Under the pieces are notes generated by a model. It made no database searches. It saw nothing but the letters and a program-made list of their open reading frames with translations, and was not told where the DNA came from. A stretch of DNA of 64,000 nt, taken from contig OZ024743.1 of assembly GCA_964016885.1 (NCBI GenBank), forward strand, positions 260,524,001 through 260,588,000. Direction: 5' to 3'. A program made the translations under genes and the position numbers. Source of the stretch: Eledone cirrhosa. Its lineage: Eukaryota. The number at the start of each line of letters is the position of its first letter. Within the stretch, counting starts at the first letter, position 1. Shown piece by piece: positions 15,206 to 29,039 of the stretch.

Positions 15206-16849
15206 CTAGCTAATAGCTAAACCTACCAACCAACCAACCAGCCAGTCTACTAACATCTCCAACCAGTCTGCTATTTGTATACCTAGCAAACCTACCTACT
15301 AACCACCCAACTACATATACATCTGCGGACAACGAACCATTCTCTAGCCCTTTTCTATTATGTTCAACCTAACCAACCAGCTAGCCAGCCATGCCATCCT
15401 GCCAACCAAACGACCCAGCCTTGCCAGCTAACTAGCCAACCAGCCAAACCAGCCAACCATCCTCGTCAGCCAACCAAACCAACCAGCCACACTATCGAGC
15501 CAAACCAACCAGGCACAGCATCCAGCCAACTAACCATCCAACCAACAATCCAACCATCCAACCAGCCAACGAGTAAGCGTGTAAAATTCCCTAGCCAAAA
15601 GAGTCGGTGTCAAGCGGGTTGTAACAGTATTAACGCTATTGCTTAAGATTCCGACAGCAGACTCTGACAGCTAATCAATCGAGAGACTAGCTTGAGCTAC
15701 ACACGCTCATCTGGCCGCCGGCAATTCTCATTTAAAAGTATAGAAATATCTAGGGCCCCTCCTACTGTGTTTATTGAACTCATTGCGAATGAGTGAGAGA
15801 GTGAGAAATTCGGGGGTGAGACCGGTGAGATTGGTAGAATTTTAACAAAGTGGCTGTGCTAAGGCAACTTTACAAGGCTGTTTCTACATGGGCATGGTTC
15901 TACTGAGGTCATAGACGAAACACTGTGTTAATCAGTTTCAACTATCTTACGCCATTTCCCGCCGGCTGCAATCACATATGAATATGACACATCCTCTTTA
16001 TAAAAGGTGCTTAAATTAATCTCGTAAAAACACCATCATCTTCTTCTTCTTCTTCTTCTTCTTCTTCTTCTTCTTCTTCTTCTTCGTCTTCTTCTTCTTC
16101 TTCTTCTTCGTCTTCTTCGTCTTCTTCTTGTATAATATTATACATAAATACATATATTTTATTCTTCATAAAATAGTAGTAGTTGAACTGATAATAAAAA
16201 TAATAATAATTATTATTATTATCTATATTATTGATATTATTATTTCTTTAACTCTAGAATCAAATTCTTTCTTGTTTTTTTTCTATTTTTCTAGTTTTTT
16301 TTTACATTCGGAATCGTTCTGCTTATTTTGCAATTTTTGTTGTTTTTTTTTTTGTTTTGCTTTGTTTTTTGTTGTTATATTTTTCCGTTGGTGTTAATGT
16401 TGGTGATTCTGGTGTATTGGGTGGGCGGTGTGTTGGCGGTGTGTTGGTGGTGATGTGGTTCATGCTAGAGTGTTGGTTGGTAGGGGCGTTGTTATTATTT
16501 CCTTTTCAATTTTTCTTTTCTGCTTCTCTTCCTCTCAATGCCCCTCTCTCTCTCTCCCTCTCTCTCTCTCTCAATATCTTCATATTCTCCTTCACTACCT
16601 CCGTTTCCCATCCCCCTCTTTCTCCCTCTCTTATCCTCTCCTCACTCTCTCTCTATATATATATATGTATGTGTTTGTGTGTGTGTGTATATATTTGCTT
16701 ATATATATATATATATGTGTGTGTCTATGTTACCTCCCTCTCTCTCTATGTCACATATACCACATTCTATCACACGTTTTCTTTGTCATTTGCTCTTTCC
16801 CCTTCGTCCATACCAGCTTCAATATATATATATATATATACGTGTGTAT

Positions 16850-16886
<37 letters not shown>

Positions 16887-16903
16887 TGTGTGTGTGTGTG
16901 TGT

Positions 16904-16934
<31 letters not shown>

Positions 16935-17307
16935 AGTGTGTGTGTGTGTGTGTGTGAGTGTGTGAGTGTGTGTGTGTGTGTGTGTGAGTGTGTGTGTGTG
17001 TGTGAGTGTGTGAGTGTGTGTGTGTGTGTGTGTGAGTGTGTATGTGTGTGTGAGTGTGAGTGTGTGTGTGTGTGTGTGTATTTACTATTAACATTTCACT
17101 CACACGCAGTACCAATAAAATTAATATTGATAATAATGAGAATGTCAACCTGGTTAATGACAATACTGGTAATACTTGTCTGCTACTCTTGTTGTTGTTG
17201 TTGTGGGTGGTGGTGGTGGTGTTGTTGCTGTTGTTGTTGGTGGTGGTGGTGGTGGTGGTGGTACTGGTGGTGGTAGTGGTGGTGGTAGTGGTGGTGGTGG
17301 TGTTTTG

Positions 17308-17339
<32 letters not shown>

Positions 17340-17434
17340 GGTGGTGGTGGTGGTGGTGGTGGTGGTGTTGTTGTTGTTGTTGTTGGTGGTGGTGGTGTTG
17401 TTGGTGGTGGTAGTGGTGGTGGTGGTGGTGGTGA

Positions 17435-17465
<31 letters not shown>

Positions 17466-17541
17466 GGTGGTGGTAGTGGTGGTGGTGGTGGTGGTGTTGT
17501 TGTTGGTGGTGGTGGGGTGGTGTTGTTGGTGTTGTTGTTGG

Positions 17542-17572
<31 letters not shown>

Positions 17573-19211
17573 GGTGGTGGTGGTGGTGGTGGTGGTGGTG
17601 TTGTTGTTGTTGGTGGTGGTTGTGGTGGTGGTGTTGTTGTTGTTGGTGTTGTTCCTGTTGTTGTTGTTGTTGTTGGTGGTGTTGTTGTTGTTGTTGGTGT
17701 TGTTGGTGATGGTGGTGGTGTGAGGGGTGGTGACGGTGGTGGGGGATGGTGGTGGGGGATGGTGGTGGTGTGAGGGGTGGTGACGATGGTGCGAGATGGT
17801 GGTGATGGGGGTGTAGTAATGGTGGTGGTGATGATGGTAGTGGTGGCGGTGTTGGTGGTGGTGGTGGTAGTAGTGGTAGTTGTGGTGATGGTGGTGGTAG
17901 TGGTGGCGATGGAGGTGGAGGTAGTAGTGGAAGTTGTCGTCATGGTTGTGGTGGTGGTAGTAGTAGTAGTTGTGGTGGTCGTGGTGGTGGTGGTAGTGGT
18001 GGCGATATTGTGTGGAGGTAATAGTGGAAGTTGTGGTGATGGTTGTGGTGGTAGTGGTGGTAGTTATGGTGATGGTTGTGGTGGTGGTGGTAGTGGTGAT
18101 AGTTGTGGTGATGAAGGTGGTGGTGGTGGTAGTGGTGGTGATGGTTGTGGTGGAGGTAGTAGTGGTAGTTGTGGTGGTGGTTGTGGTGGTGGTAGTAGTG
18201 GTAGTTGTGGTGATAATTGTGGTGGTGGTGGTAGTAGTGGTAGTTGTGGTGATGGTTGTGGTGGTGGTAGTTGTGGTGATGGAGGTGGTGGTGGTGGTAG
18301 TGGTGGCGATGGTTGTGGTGGAGGTAGTAGTGGCAGTTGTGGTGATGGTGGGGTGGTGGTAGTGGTGGTAGTTGTGGTGATGGAGGTGGTGGTGGTGGTA
18401 GTGATAGTTGTGGTGATGGTTGAGGTGGTGGTGGTAGTGTTAGTGGTGGTGGTGGTTTGTGGTGGTGGCGGCGGCGATGGTGATGACAGTGCAGTGGTGT
18501 TAGAAACTACTGCTCATATAATTGTTTCTACTTTAGGCACAAGGCCAGCAAATTACCCAGTGAATTACTGGTACTTTATTTTATCGACCCCGTCAGGATG
18601 AAAGGCAAAGTTAACCTTGGCGGGATTTGAACTCAGAATGGCAAGGGCCGTAACTCTATGCGTCAAAGTATGGCGACCGACCCTCTACCGATACTGCCAA
18701 TCCAATAATGTTAACGGCATCAACAATATCAACAACCCACAGGCCCATAATGATGATGATAACGACGATGATGATGATGATGATGACGATGGTTATGATG
18801 ATGACGATAGCGACGACAACGTCGATGGTAATGGCAATGATGACGATAGCGACGATGGTAATGGCAATGACGACGTCGATGATGATGATGATGACGTCGA
18901 TGATGATGATGATGACGATAGCGACGATGGTAATGGCAATGACGACGTCGATGATGATGATGATGACGTCGATGATGATGATGATGATGACGATAGCGAC
19001 GATGGTAATGGCAATGACGACGATAGCGACGATGGTAATGGCAATGACGACGACGATGATGATGCTGGGAAAGAACTGTTGGTGATAGACTAAGGTCAGT
19101 TGTGATAATTATATTGGCTGATTATACAGATATTTATGACAGGAAATATTACTGTGTTGTTATATTTATAGTGGTGGTGGTGGTGGTGGTGGTGGGGAAA
19201 GGGTGGGGGTG

Positions 19212-19243
<32 letters not shown>

Positions 19244-19269
19244 GGTGGTTGTGGCGGGGAGGGGTGTTG

Positions 19270-19301
<32 letters not shown>

Positions 19302-19315
19302 GGTAGTGGTGGTGG

Positions 19316-19346
<31 letters not shown>

Positions 19347-19516
19347 TGTGGTGTTAGTGGTGGTGTTGGTGGTGTTGGTGGTTGTGGTGGCGGTGGTGCT
19401 CGTGTATATATTGTTATTGTAGTTGTTTCTGATGTTGCTGTTGTTTTTGTTATTGCTGGTGGTGGTGGTGGTGATGGTGCTCGTGTATATAATTTTGCTG
19501 TAGTTGTACTTGTTGG

Positions 19517-19552
<36 letters not shown>

Positions 19553-19650
19553 AGGCGTGGTGGTGGTGCTGGAGTATATATATCGTAATCTGTGGTAGTA
19601 ATGATGGTGTTTATATTGATCTTGTAGTAGTTGCTGTTTGTGATTGTAGT
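15122..19650. repeat. compound microsatellite/low-complexity tract: (TG)n, CCAA-rich, (CTT)n, (GGT/GTT)n, (GAT/GAC)n
   Basis: Read directly; produces the poly-V/C/W/D pseudo-ORFs. Confidence 0.93.
18520..18703 (-). mobile_element. SINE family A, young copy
   Basis: Closely matches the copies at 31436 and 43230. Confidence 0.9.
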
Positions 19651-19758
19651 GGTATATATATATATAACGAAGGAAATGTGGTAAGGAACCAGATGGACCA
19701 TAACGCACTAATACAAATGTTTGACCAATCCTTGTGACAATTACTATCTTCCCTAATA

Positions 19759-19874
19759 AGGAATTACCCCCTGAGAAGTTCGGCTATTTATTTACCAGAC
19801 TAAAAATTCTTATTTAGTCCAGAATTAGCCGTCGAAACGGCTTGAGCTCTGCTGTCGGGGTCATACTTGTTCCT
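19759..19874 (+). ncRNA. type I hammerhead ribozyme motif (C3/A8 variant core) in a small element between (TA)n tracts
   Basis: ACCCC-CTGAGAA-G(TT)CGGCTA...TAGCCG(T)C-GAAA-CGGC...GCT-GTC/GGGGT: helices I, II and III all pair; predicted cleavage after 19856. Confidence 0.75.
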
Positions 19875-19875
19875 A

Positions 19876-19909
<34 letters not shown>

Positions 19910-19991
19910 TTTGTGGTAGTGGTGATTTGGTGATGGTAGTGGCAGTGGTGGTGGTGGTGTATATATTATTGCTGGCGATGTTGTTGAGGTA

Positions 19992-20128
19992 ATAATTGCT
20001 TCTACTTTTGGCACAAGGCCAGCAATTATTCCAGTACATTACTGGTACTTTATTTTACCGATCCCGTATGGATGAAAGGCAAAGTTAACCTCGGCGGGAT
20101 TTGAACTCAGATCATAAAGGGCCGTAAC
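19992..20128 (-). mobile_element. SINE family A, 5'-truncated, ~17-bp TSD
   Basis: GTTGTTGAGGTAATAAT (19980-19996) versus GTTGTCGAGGTAATAAT (20129-20145). Confidence 0.88.
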
Positions 20129-20849
20129 GTTGTCGAGGTAATAATGTTGTCTAAAGATGGATAGTTTTGAAAATCTTAACTATAATAAAGAAAGGAGTGC
20201 GGGACTCCATCCAGAATATATTTTTTTACTCCGTTTGTAAAATAAGTTGGATTACTTTGAATAAATAATGAATGAATATTACATAATTTATCTACTAAAT
20301 TTCGTTGCTGTTGATTAAATATATTTTATAGCTTATTTGAAGATTCACTTCTTTAAAATTGTCAAATGTCAACATTTCCGGTTAGCGGCCGTTATATTCT
20401 AACGCGTATAATCGCATATATTTCCGTCGCTAATTTTCTCCTAATGCAAATTATATATAATATCGTCTTTTTTTTAAATGTATCATGGATTACGTTACTG
20501 ATTACATAAGACAGTGTAACATAGACTTCGTTCAATTTCTGTGTATATTGTCAATTACGATTTTATTTACATGCATATATATATTTGTGTATAATATCAA
20601 TATACACACAACACATGCTAGCAGAAAACCATCCGAAGGGTGGTTTTCGGTAGTACTAATAATGGATAATTGTAATTTTTACCTGTAAATAATGTTGGAC
20701 ATTTTTAACCATGAGTAGGATGATGATTACAATGATGCTTCGAATGATGACGACGACGACTACAATGATGATGATGATGATGAGAAGGATCAGGAGGAGG
20801 AGGAGGGGGCTTCCTTGTTTGCTTGAGTAATAAGATATGTATGGCTGTG

Positions 20850-21206
20850 GTGAGCTTTTGACACCAAATACCTACAGAAGATCTTTGGCATCAGGTGGGA
20901 TGACTTTCATAACCAATAAAGAAGTCTGTCAACACCCGTCCCCCAACAACAAGTGTCGACTTGGTTAGTTGGGACACGTCATACAACTCCCAAATGAGAG
21001 ATATGCTAACCAGGTCCTGTATTGGTAACCCTATAGAAAGAGGCGACGAGGATAACCCAAAATGAACTGGCGGCAGACAATCGACAGAGACTTGAAACCC
21101 GTTAACAAAAGTAGAAACGATGTATTGCTAGATGCAATTGACCGTGGTTATTAGAGCACTTCGGCTGACTCATGCGTCTCAAGCCATGAGAGCTTCTAAG
21201 TCTAAA
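20850..21206 (+). mobile_element. RTE-clade LINE 3' fragment (decayed)
   Basis: Across stops and frameshifts translates to AFDTKYLQKIFGIRWDDF..TNKEV..LGHVIQLPNERYANQVLYW..RRRG.PKMNWRQTIDRDL, the typical RTE C-terminus; short CTAAGT tandem tail. Confidence 0.7.
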
Positions 21207-22129
21207 GTGAGCGCCGTATAATAACAGAGTTTACTGGCCAGATCGTTCTGCATGCAAATAACTTCCATTCGTTCTTCTAATTGGAAACAATCAGTGTAAC
21301 TTAGACTACGTGATTGATCCTTCGACGCCCTCTGTGATGAACGTTCAGTTATTTGATAAACTGGGCATTACATTCAATAAATCAATGTGTAGGTGACTAA
21401 GTATTCTACAAACACGTCTCCCATTAACAATCTTCAGGTCAGCTTTGCCTTACAGATCGATAACTAAATTATTAGTCCAGTACTGTGTTCTATTCTCTCT
21501 CTCTCTCTTTCTCTCTGAAAGATATTGGCTGAGTTCCAACCTGGAGAGGGATCGGCTCTGCCAGGTTTAAAATATCCCTACGACATTGGGGAATCGAACA
21601 CTCGCTCTTCCGATCGTGAGCCGAAAACACAACCCACTAAGCCATGTACCTTCATTTACGGGACATATTACGGATATAACCTATATTAATGTAAAATGAC
21701 TGACGTGGCCAAGTGTTTCAACTCGACGAAGATTTTCTATCTACACAATGCTTTTTTTTTTCTTTTTCAAAATGGTGAATGTTATCATTATTGATTTATT
21801 TTAAATAGAAACGACATTTTGTATTCAAAATGTTATGCATTATAATGATTTCACCTTATCGAATTACCTAAAGCATTAGAATCTACTCCTCCACACCTCC
21901 ATTGGCACGCACACACATTCCTGCCTCTTGTTTTCTGCATTTCCTTAAATGGCTCACGTGACACCACTGTTGGACCAGTATGTTCCTAATTTATTCACTG
22001 AATACTTCGACTCTCAATTCATATTAAAAACAGGGCAAACAGCAAAACGAATAATAATTGTTTCTACTTTTGGCACAAGACCAGCAATTTGAAGGGAAAG
22101 GGAAAATCGATTAAATCGGCCCCTATCAG

Positions 22130-23110
22130 TTGTGCAAAGAGCTGCTGAAAAACTGCGCACGTCTGCTTGGAATCAAGCAACACGCGCCCATTTTTGTCCG
22201 TCAAAGACCGAATTGTGTGTTCTATTTAGGTCGACCAAGCAGATCAGAAATTTGTTGTCTGAATAAGCGACCGTTAGACGACCACCAGTCTAAAATTACC
22301 ACCTTCGCTATTGTTCACAACCAACTTACATTACGCATACAGGAAGATCGTCCGTACCCCAAGATCCAGTTCTTTTCTAAACAACCCTTTCACCACGCTC
22401 CCATTCCAAGTCGACGAAGAAAAGTATAGATCTTAAAGTCGTCAAAAGTGGTGGCTAGTGAGTGCGTGACGGAAATCTTGGTTTCGCTCACGGATGTTAC
22501 ATCTATAGCTAATGACCTGAGGTCGTTGAGCAAGTGACTTTGCTTCCAGGACGACTCCAGGTCACATACATCTATACAATGAACTCTTAAAATCGCGATG
22601 CTGGCCGGAAAAAGTTAACAGAAATAAAAAGGGTACTTAACCTCCCGGTGCTGTAAGAGATCGGTGGGTTCGACTCCCATAACTGCTATTTAAATTACTA
22701 ATGGTGGCTTTTATATTAGAGGTTCCCATGATGTTGTGGAAACTCTCCCTGGTAATTTTTATGTCCCAAGAGACATGCGAATGAGGTGTGGGATCTTGTG
22801 GATGTTATCTGGTTTGATGTGGAGAAGCACCTCCACACTGATCCCATACTAGTTTTCCTTCCAGATTCGTTTCACTTCGAGGAACATGCTGCTTCCTTCT
22901 AGGACGACGCAGGCCAATATACACCAGATATTCACCTCTGGGGGCATTCCCGGAAATCTTGACTCTTACCGTCCTTCTTCCTAAATATAATGGGTAGAGA
23001 ACATATTTGTCTTTCCGACAGCGTACCACAGAGTGTTTGACGGCCAAAGCTTGATTCTTAAAGAACACTGAAATGCCCGTAAACTGCCTGATCCGGCGCT
23101 GCGATATATA
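22130..23110 (-). mobile_element. decayed, internally deleted L1/Tx1 copy related to the 35-41 kb element
   Basis: LESSWKQSHLLNDLRSLAIDV matches ORF2 N-terminus LGSSWKQGHLLNDLRSLNIDV; YVLYPLYLGRRTVRVKI matches ORF1 FTLVPSYCGQRLVKIRV. A SINE 3' end lies at ~22052-22123. Confidence 0.75.
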
Positions 23111-23119
23111 TCAAGCATT

Positions 23120-23255
23120 ATCTCTTATCTACTGGCTCCCACACCAATATCAGTGATTTTGGTGGGAGGAATTGGTATTCTACTGGCTCCCATATCAATA
23201 TCAATGTTTTTGGTGGGAGAATGTATAGTCTAAAGGCTCTCATATCAATATCAGC
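23120..23255. repeat. ~51-bp tandem repeat, ~2.6 copies
   Basis: TCTACTGGCTCCCA...CAATATCA...TTTTGGTGGGAG recurs. Confidence 0.75.
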
Positions 23256-23339
23256 GGGTTTTCGTGAGAATTTCAAAATCAAGTTAAGGATGTTTTCCAG
23301 CAATTCAATGTCACAAGCACCACATGGTCATTATGATGA

Positions 23340-23454
23340 GATCGAATCCCGCCGAGGTTAACTTTGCCTTTCATCCTTACAGGGGTCGATAAAATAAAGT
23401 ACCAGTAATGCACTGGGTAATTGCTGGCCTTGTGCCAAAAAGTAGAAACAATTA
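23340..23454 (+). mobile_element. SINE family A, 3' portion
   Basis: AATCCCGCCGAGGTTAACTTTGCCTTTCATCC...GTAGAAACAATTAT. Confidence 0.88.
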
Positions 23455-23611
23455 TGATATATATATTTCTACACTCATAACAACTAACTATATTCATACA
23501 TTCCACTATCATACTAAAGAAACAAATATTTTATTTCTATGCTCTCTTCATTCCAGTCATAATAATCACAAAATCAATATTATTTATGTATAATCTCATC
23601 ATTATAATTCA

Positions 23612-23830
23612 TAGACGCAAGCATAGCCCTGTCGTTAAGAAGTAGTCCTGTGTTCAAAACCCTTGTACGGAACCCCAGGCAAGTGCCTTCTACTATAGCC
23701 TCTGGTTAACCAATGCTTTGTGGAAGACGAAATCTGCTTGCGCAACACACATACATATATGCATATGTATAAACATTAAACTTGCACACAGCTTCCATCT
23801 ACGATATTAGCTTGAGGCTACAGAACTTGT
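23612..23830 (+). mobile_element. second CORE-like SINE family (decayed)
   Basis: tRNA-like head then GGCAAGTGCCTTCTACTATAGCC, CORE-like. Confidence 0.5.
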
Positions 23831-24416
23831 ATCGTGTTGGTAGATTTCCATGGTTATTATTTCGATTAATAACATTTATTCTGAGCTTAGATATATTTCT
23901 TGTAAGTTGACGGTTAAAAACGATAATTACATTGACTCTAATTTGATTGAATAGTTATAAATACAAAGTTTAATTATCAAAACAGATTTACGTCTACTCA
24001 ACAGGTGTCCATCTACTCTTGTATAACAGACAGTATATTATGTATAAAAAATATATATATATATATTTCGTTTCTGAATTTGTTTAGCAAGATTCTTTAT
24101 CTGAAAATCTGTGTTGAAACCGATATTGTTATACTTTGAGAGGGTCATGTTGCTAATAAGAAACATACGCACCAGTTGCTTTCACTCCAATTTATTATAA
24201 ATTAAATTATAAATTTTAAAAAATTTATAAATTTCCGGTTGGTTGGTTGGTTGGTTCCACAACCGGACGGTTGTTCATATATTGTCAAAGTTCTTTCGTC
24301 AAACATTCTGTGACCTCATCAGTGACTGGGGATTCTTTTCTTTGTTTTGTGCCTCTCCTTTTTTCTGTCCTACACCATCTTTTTTTTGTGTGTGTGTTGT
24401 GTGCTTAGTTTGCGCA

Positions 24417-24480
24417 TATATACATCCGGGTGTCTGTGTGTGTTTTTATGTAAAACACACACAGACACCCGGATGTATAT
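24417..24480. repeat. near-perfect hairpin abutting (TA)n
   Basis: TATACATCCGGGTGTCTGTGTGTGTTTT / AAAACACACACAGACACCCGGATGTATA. Confidence 0.9.
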
Positions 24481-24483
24481 ATG

Positions 24484-24550
<67 letters not shown>

Positions 24551-24756
24551 TGTGTGTGTGTGTGTGTGTGCGTACGTGTGTGTGTGTGCGTGTGTGTGAT
24601 TAGGTTTTCCGGTGTAAAGCAATGCTATTCCCTTTCATGATGTCAAGTACGATACCTTACCCTTTTGATAATGATCGTTAAATTAAGTACCATGCTGAGT
24701 TAAGGACAGGAATTGATATAATCAACTAAGATAATTAATAGAGTAAACACGCAATT

Positions 24757-25759
24757 ACACATACATACATACATACATACATACATACATACATACATAC
24801 ATACATACATACATACATACATACATACATACATACATGATGACTGCAAACTCTGCTAAGAGTATTGTAATCGCTTGTCAGATTATAGAGTTTGGTACAC
24901 TTTTAGGCTACGGCCAACCACACGAACCTGTAACATATCCTGAACAAGCAAACCTGTGCTTTGAAGGTGTTTTAAGTGGGGAAAGGCCTAGCACTCGACT
25001 AATCTCACTCTCTGAGCACATCGAAAACACTACCCGAAAAGGAGAACTGGTCATCATCGGATGCTTCCGAAGCCGCAGGTTCTTTTTCAGAGTTTCCCTC
25101 TCCTAGAAAGGTTTTGTGACAACAACTGGGGGCCTTTCACTCCCAGGTGAAAAAAAAATACTATTTAGATGGCCGTTTACCCTGCTGAGTTCCTCCGCCC
25201 TTTGTTGGGTCTTACATTTCATCCCGCAGGATGTCCAAATATCACCCTCCTTACCAAGCTAGCTTGGTGGGGTTGCGGGTTTAATCACCGATTGTACTGG
25301 TTTACATGTTACCAGTAACACTCGAGAGCAACATACATACACACATACATACATACATACATACATACATACATACATACATACATACATACATACATAC
25401 ATACATACATACACACATACATACATACATACATGGTGGCTGCCAACTCGTTTTCGAGTACGGCCACTACTTTATATCCATGTAGGAGAACCCCTACTGA
25501 TGCGCTGAACGAGTGTGACCTTTTAGTCCAGCCAGCGACTTGAAAACTCTGGTACAAACACTACACTTGTGACAATTATTGACACATAGTGCTGGGCCCA
25601 TGGTACCTTGTGACGACAAGTGCAGAGAGATCTCCAGTTATAAAGCAATGCCTGTGCCGTGAAGCTTTTATAGTGAGCAAAGGCACTGCACAAAGCCAGT
25701 CCCACTCTCTTAACATACATACATACATACATACATACATACATACATACATACATACA

Positions 25760-25790
<31 letters not shown>
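24757..25790. repeat. three (CATA)n tracts interleaved with unidentified, probably retroelement-derived fragments
   Basis: (TACA)n at ~24757-24836, 25331-25433 and 25714-25788; the intervening sequence is more GC-rich and unassigned. Confidence 0.7.
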
Positions 25791-25792
<2 letters not shown>

Positions 25793-27957
25793 GTATATTT
25801 TCCATGTGCAAGAGTATTTACTCATCCCATGAAGCCCACGAGACACTCGTGGGCTTCACATCACTTCAGTAATTTAAATCATTAAATTATGCCTGTCTTG
25901 AAACTATCCAATCTCTATGTGGCTCCTTCATCTGTTGTAAATAACAGCTAAAGAACCCTCAAACAACACCACTGTTATTTAAAGAAAGAACGAATACAAT
26001 GTATAAGTATAATCAAGTCCGGAACGTAGTATATTGAAGAAGGAGTGGTAACGGCTCGAAAACCTTTTATAGCTGTATCTGCTCTATCAGGACAGTCTTT
26101 GGAATAAACAATTACATGAACAACAACGACCTCTTTTGCTATTCTTTTATCTCGAGAGAATCCAGAGGGTATTTTGTGTATGTTTGTACGTCATCAAACC
26201 CAGCAAGCTGTCACTCTTGCTATCACTCCAACACTCCTGTCTTTTACAGAATATTCACGTAACAAGAGCCTTGGTTAAAATACATTCGGAGGTATACGGG
26301 TTGTTATTCGATAAATATTTACGAATTAACATTTATGAATACGTTTTAAGGAGTGCAACATGTGTTTGGGTTCTGAGAGCAGACAGCTGTGGAATGAAAA
26401 TATCAGCACGACAGCGAGTCGAAAGATTAGTATTAAGGAGGAAATCGTTAATGTAAATTAAAATATATTGATAGGCGGCAGTTTAGAGAAGGAAGCATTT
26501 ATTGAAATTGCCATATATCATGCTAACAATGATGAATCTAGATAAATGGTAAATGGATTTGAAGTTAGCAATTGAATATCAAATTATTATCAAGATAAGA
26601 GGTTATCAATTCTATGTTATATAAGTAATTGGCTATCAACATAACAACTTGATATGGATTTGGCTACGGGGCATGCATTTTGGCAACTTGATATAAAGAT
26701 GTTAGCTGCAGGGAATGAATGTAACAACTGGAAATTGAGTTATTTACTGGATAAAAGCTATCAAACCGGACATATTATTAGCTGTGATGCATTAAAAAGA
26801 TATAGCCTGTTAAAAGTAGACTGCTCATTTCTTGTCTCAAATGTTTGCTCTATCTCCTAACAACCACTCGTAGCCTTCAGGGGTCCACTCCACTTAATTG
26901 TAAATTAGTATCATATCGAATTTTAGTTCAGCGCAGTAGCCAGCGGGATCTTTAAATACTTAACGGGTGTTTTGTTTTCCGGTGCTTGAAAAGGCAACAG
27001 GAGACCTCTTCAATAAATTACTACATTCTGATGACGTTGTTACTGCTGTCACAATACTCCTTGTATTTATGGGAAATCATTTAAGATATCGACTTAATAA
27101 ACGGATGTTTATCTTACAACTGGAATAAAACAAAGTAGCTTACGGTGAATATGGAAATATTAAGAATATGTTAAACTGGTTCAGTCAGTGTTTACATATT
27201 CACTGTAATGTGTATTAAAAATATAACTAGAAATTTAGTGATTCATCGAATTTTTACTGCAGTAAAATAGTCTAAATAATAGGGCATAAAAGCTGTTTAG
27301 CGGGAAAATTGACATTAACATCTGCGGGATTCAAACCCACACCTTCATACTTGCCGGACAGGGTGCTGATGTCCATTTTCTCCATTATATGCCCTGTTAT
27401 TTAAAACATTCAATGAAGCTTCTAAGTTTCTCATAAAACTAACTAGAAATCCCTATATGGTTATGAAAATACAATATCACCCAATAGTAAATATTGTTTT
27501 GATAACACGAGAAAGTACGGGATAAAACTGTGATCATGTTTCAGTCTTATTTGACATCTACAGTAATTTCTGAAGTAGGAACAAGTGTCAATGTAAGAAT
27601 GTCAATATAATCTGAGTCATTCTGGACAGTTCTCACACTTACCAAGTGGCTTGTCTTGCCTTCTCTCGCCCAGATTTCCCTGGGTCAGGGAAAAGGCAAA
27701 GTCAGTACCTGTGGAAGTATTACTGAAATAATCAACATTGATGGAGAAGCGTTTCTTTTGTGTCCATCCACAATTTTAAGCATGTATTACTGAAACTAGT
27801 AATGAGTGGATCATTAAGCCGGTGTGTAATATTAAACTTGAAAAAAATAACCTATTTAAAAACAATAAATGACTGACGATAATTACTGGGTGACGCCATC
27901 TGCCTAAAAGAATAATAGTTAAATTAGTGCTGCTAACATTTTAATGTAGTTGACATT

Positions 27958-28152
27958 AGAGGGTCAGACACTATGCTTTGCAGCAGAGAGTTATGGCCCT
28001 TTACGTTCTGAGTTAAATCCCGCCTAGGTTAGTTTTGCCTTTCATCCTTACGGGTTCGATAAAATAAAGCACCAGTAATACACTGGGGTTGGTTTAATCG
28101 ATTTTCCCCTCTCCTTCAAATTACTGGCCTTATGCCTAAAGTAGAAACAATT
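27958..28152 (+). mobile_element. SINE family A
   Basis: Core GCCTTTCATCCTTACGGGTTCGATAAAATAAAGCACCAGT and GTAGAAACAATT tail. Confidence 0.85.
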
Positions 28153-28468
28153 AAATTAACTATTCTTTTTTTATGCGGAGAGCACTTCATCTAAGTGGTT
28201 TACTATTTTAAATATTCAAATTAAATATTCCAGCATCTGGAAAGGATTCAACAACCAAATTCAAACAGTTTAGTTAAGTCAGTATTATTTCATTTATTCA
28301 TTTACTGATTTCATTCATTAGACTCCGGCCATGTTGGGGCACTGTCATCATATTGTCCTCGGTATTTTTTTTTTTTTTTCAAGCTTGGTACTTATTTGAT
28401 CGACTTCTTTTTTAGTGATCTTCTAGGTTACTAAACATAAACAAACAATAAAGACACACACACACACA

Positions 28469-28564
<96 letters not shown>

Positions 28565-28634
28565 TTCTGTATATATATATCTGTCTCTCTCTATCTATCT
28601 ATCTATCTTTCTATCTATCTCTCTCTATATATAT

Positions 28635-28708
<74 letters not shown>

Positions 28709-28759
28709 AAAAACTCACTCACACACGCACACACATATATAAACATATTTTATTTTATA

Positions 28760-28865
28760 TAAAAATGACTTCTACGGGACTAGAATTGTTTCATTCGTAT
28801 GATATCATCATTACTGATGATTTCATATAAATGAAACAGTTCTAGTCCTGTAGAAGTCATTTTTA
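28760..28865. repeat. fold-back hairpin containing a hammerhead-like core
   Basis: ~52-bp arms; CTGATGA (28814-28820), GAAA (28833-28836) and GTC (28845-28847) in the right arm. Confidence 0.8.
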
Positions 28866-28940
28866 GATGAAATTTAAAAAAATGCCTATGCTCTAGTTAT
28901 GTATTGAGTACCTTTTATTTAACTGCGGTTACCCTTCGAC

Positions 28941-29002
<62 letters not shown>

Positions 29003-29039
29003 ATAAGTAAGTATGTTTTGAAACAGCGAGCAAGTTTTG

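Noticed and set aside
16128-19708. Gly/Cys-rich (keratin-associated-like), poly-Asp and poly-His ORFs
   Set aside because: Derived from GGT/GTT/GAT microsatellites, open in several frames on both strands, and run into SINEs.
27320-27385. tRNA-like sequence on the minus strand (also at 21590-21655)
   Set aside because: Only box-like motifs and no full cloverleaf; most likely SINE heads.
27655-27700. Short hairpin TTGCCTT..CCCAG/CTGGG..AAGGCAA as a pre-miRNA
   Set aside because: Stem is short and interrupted, with no other support.
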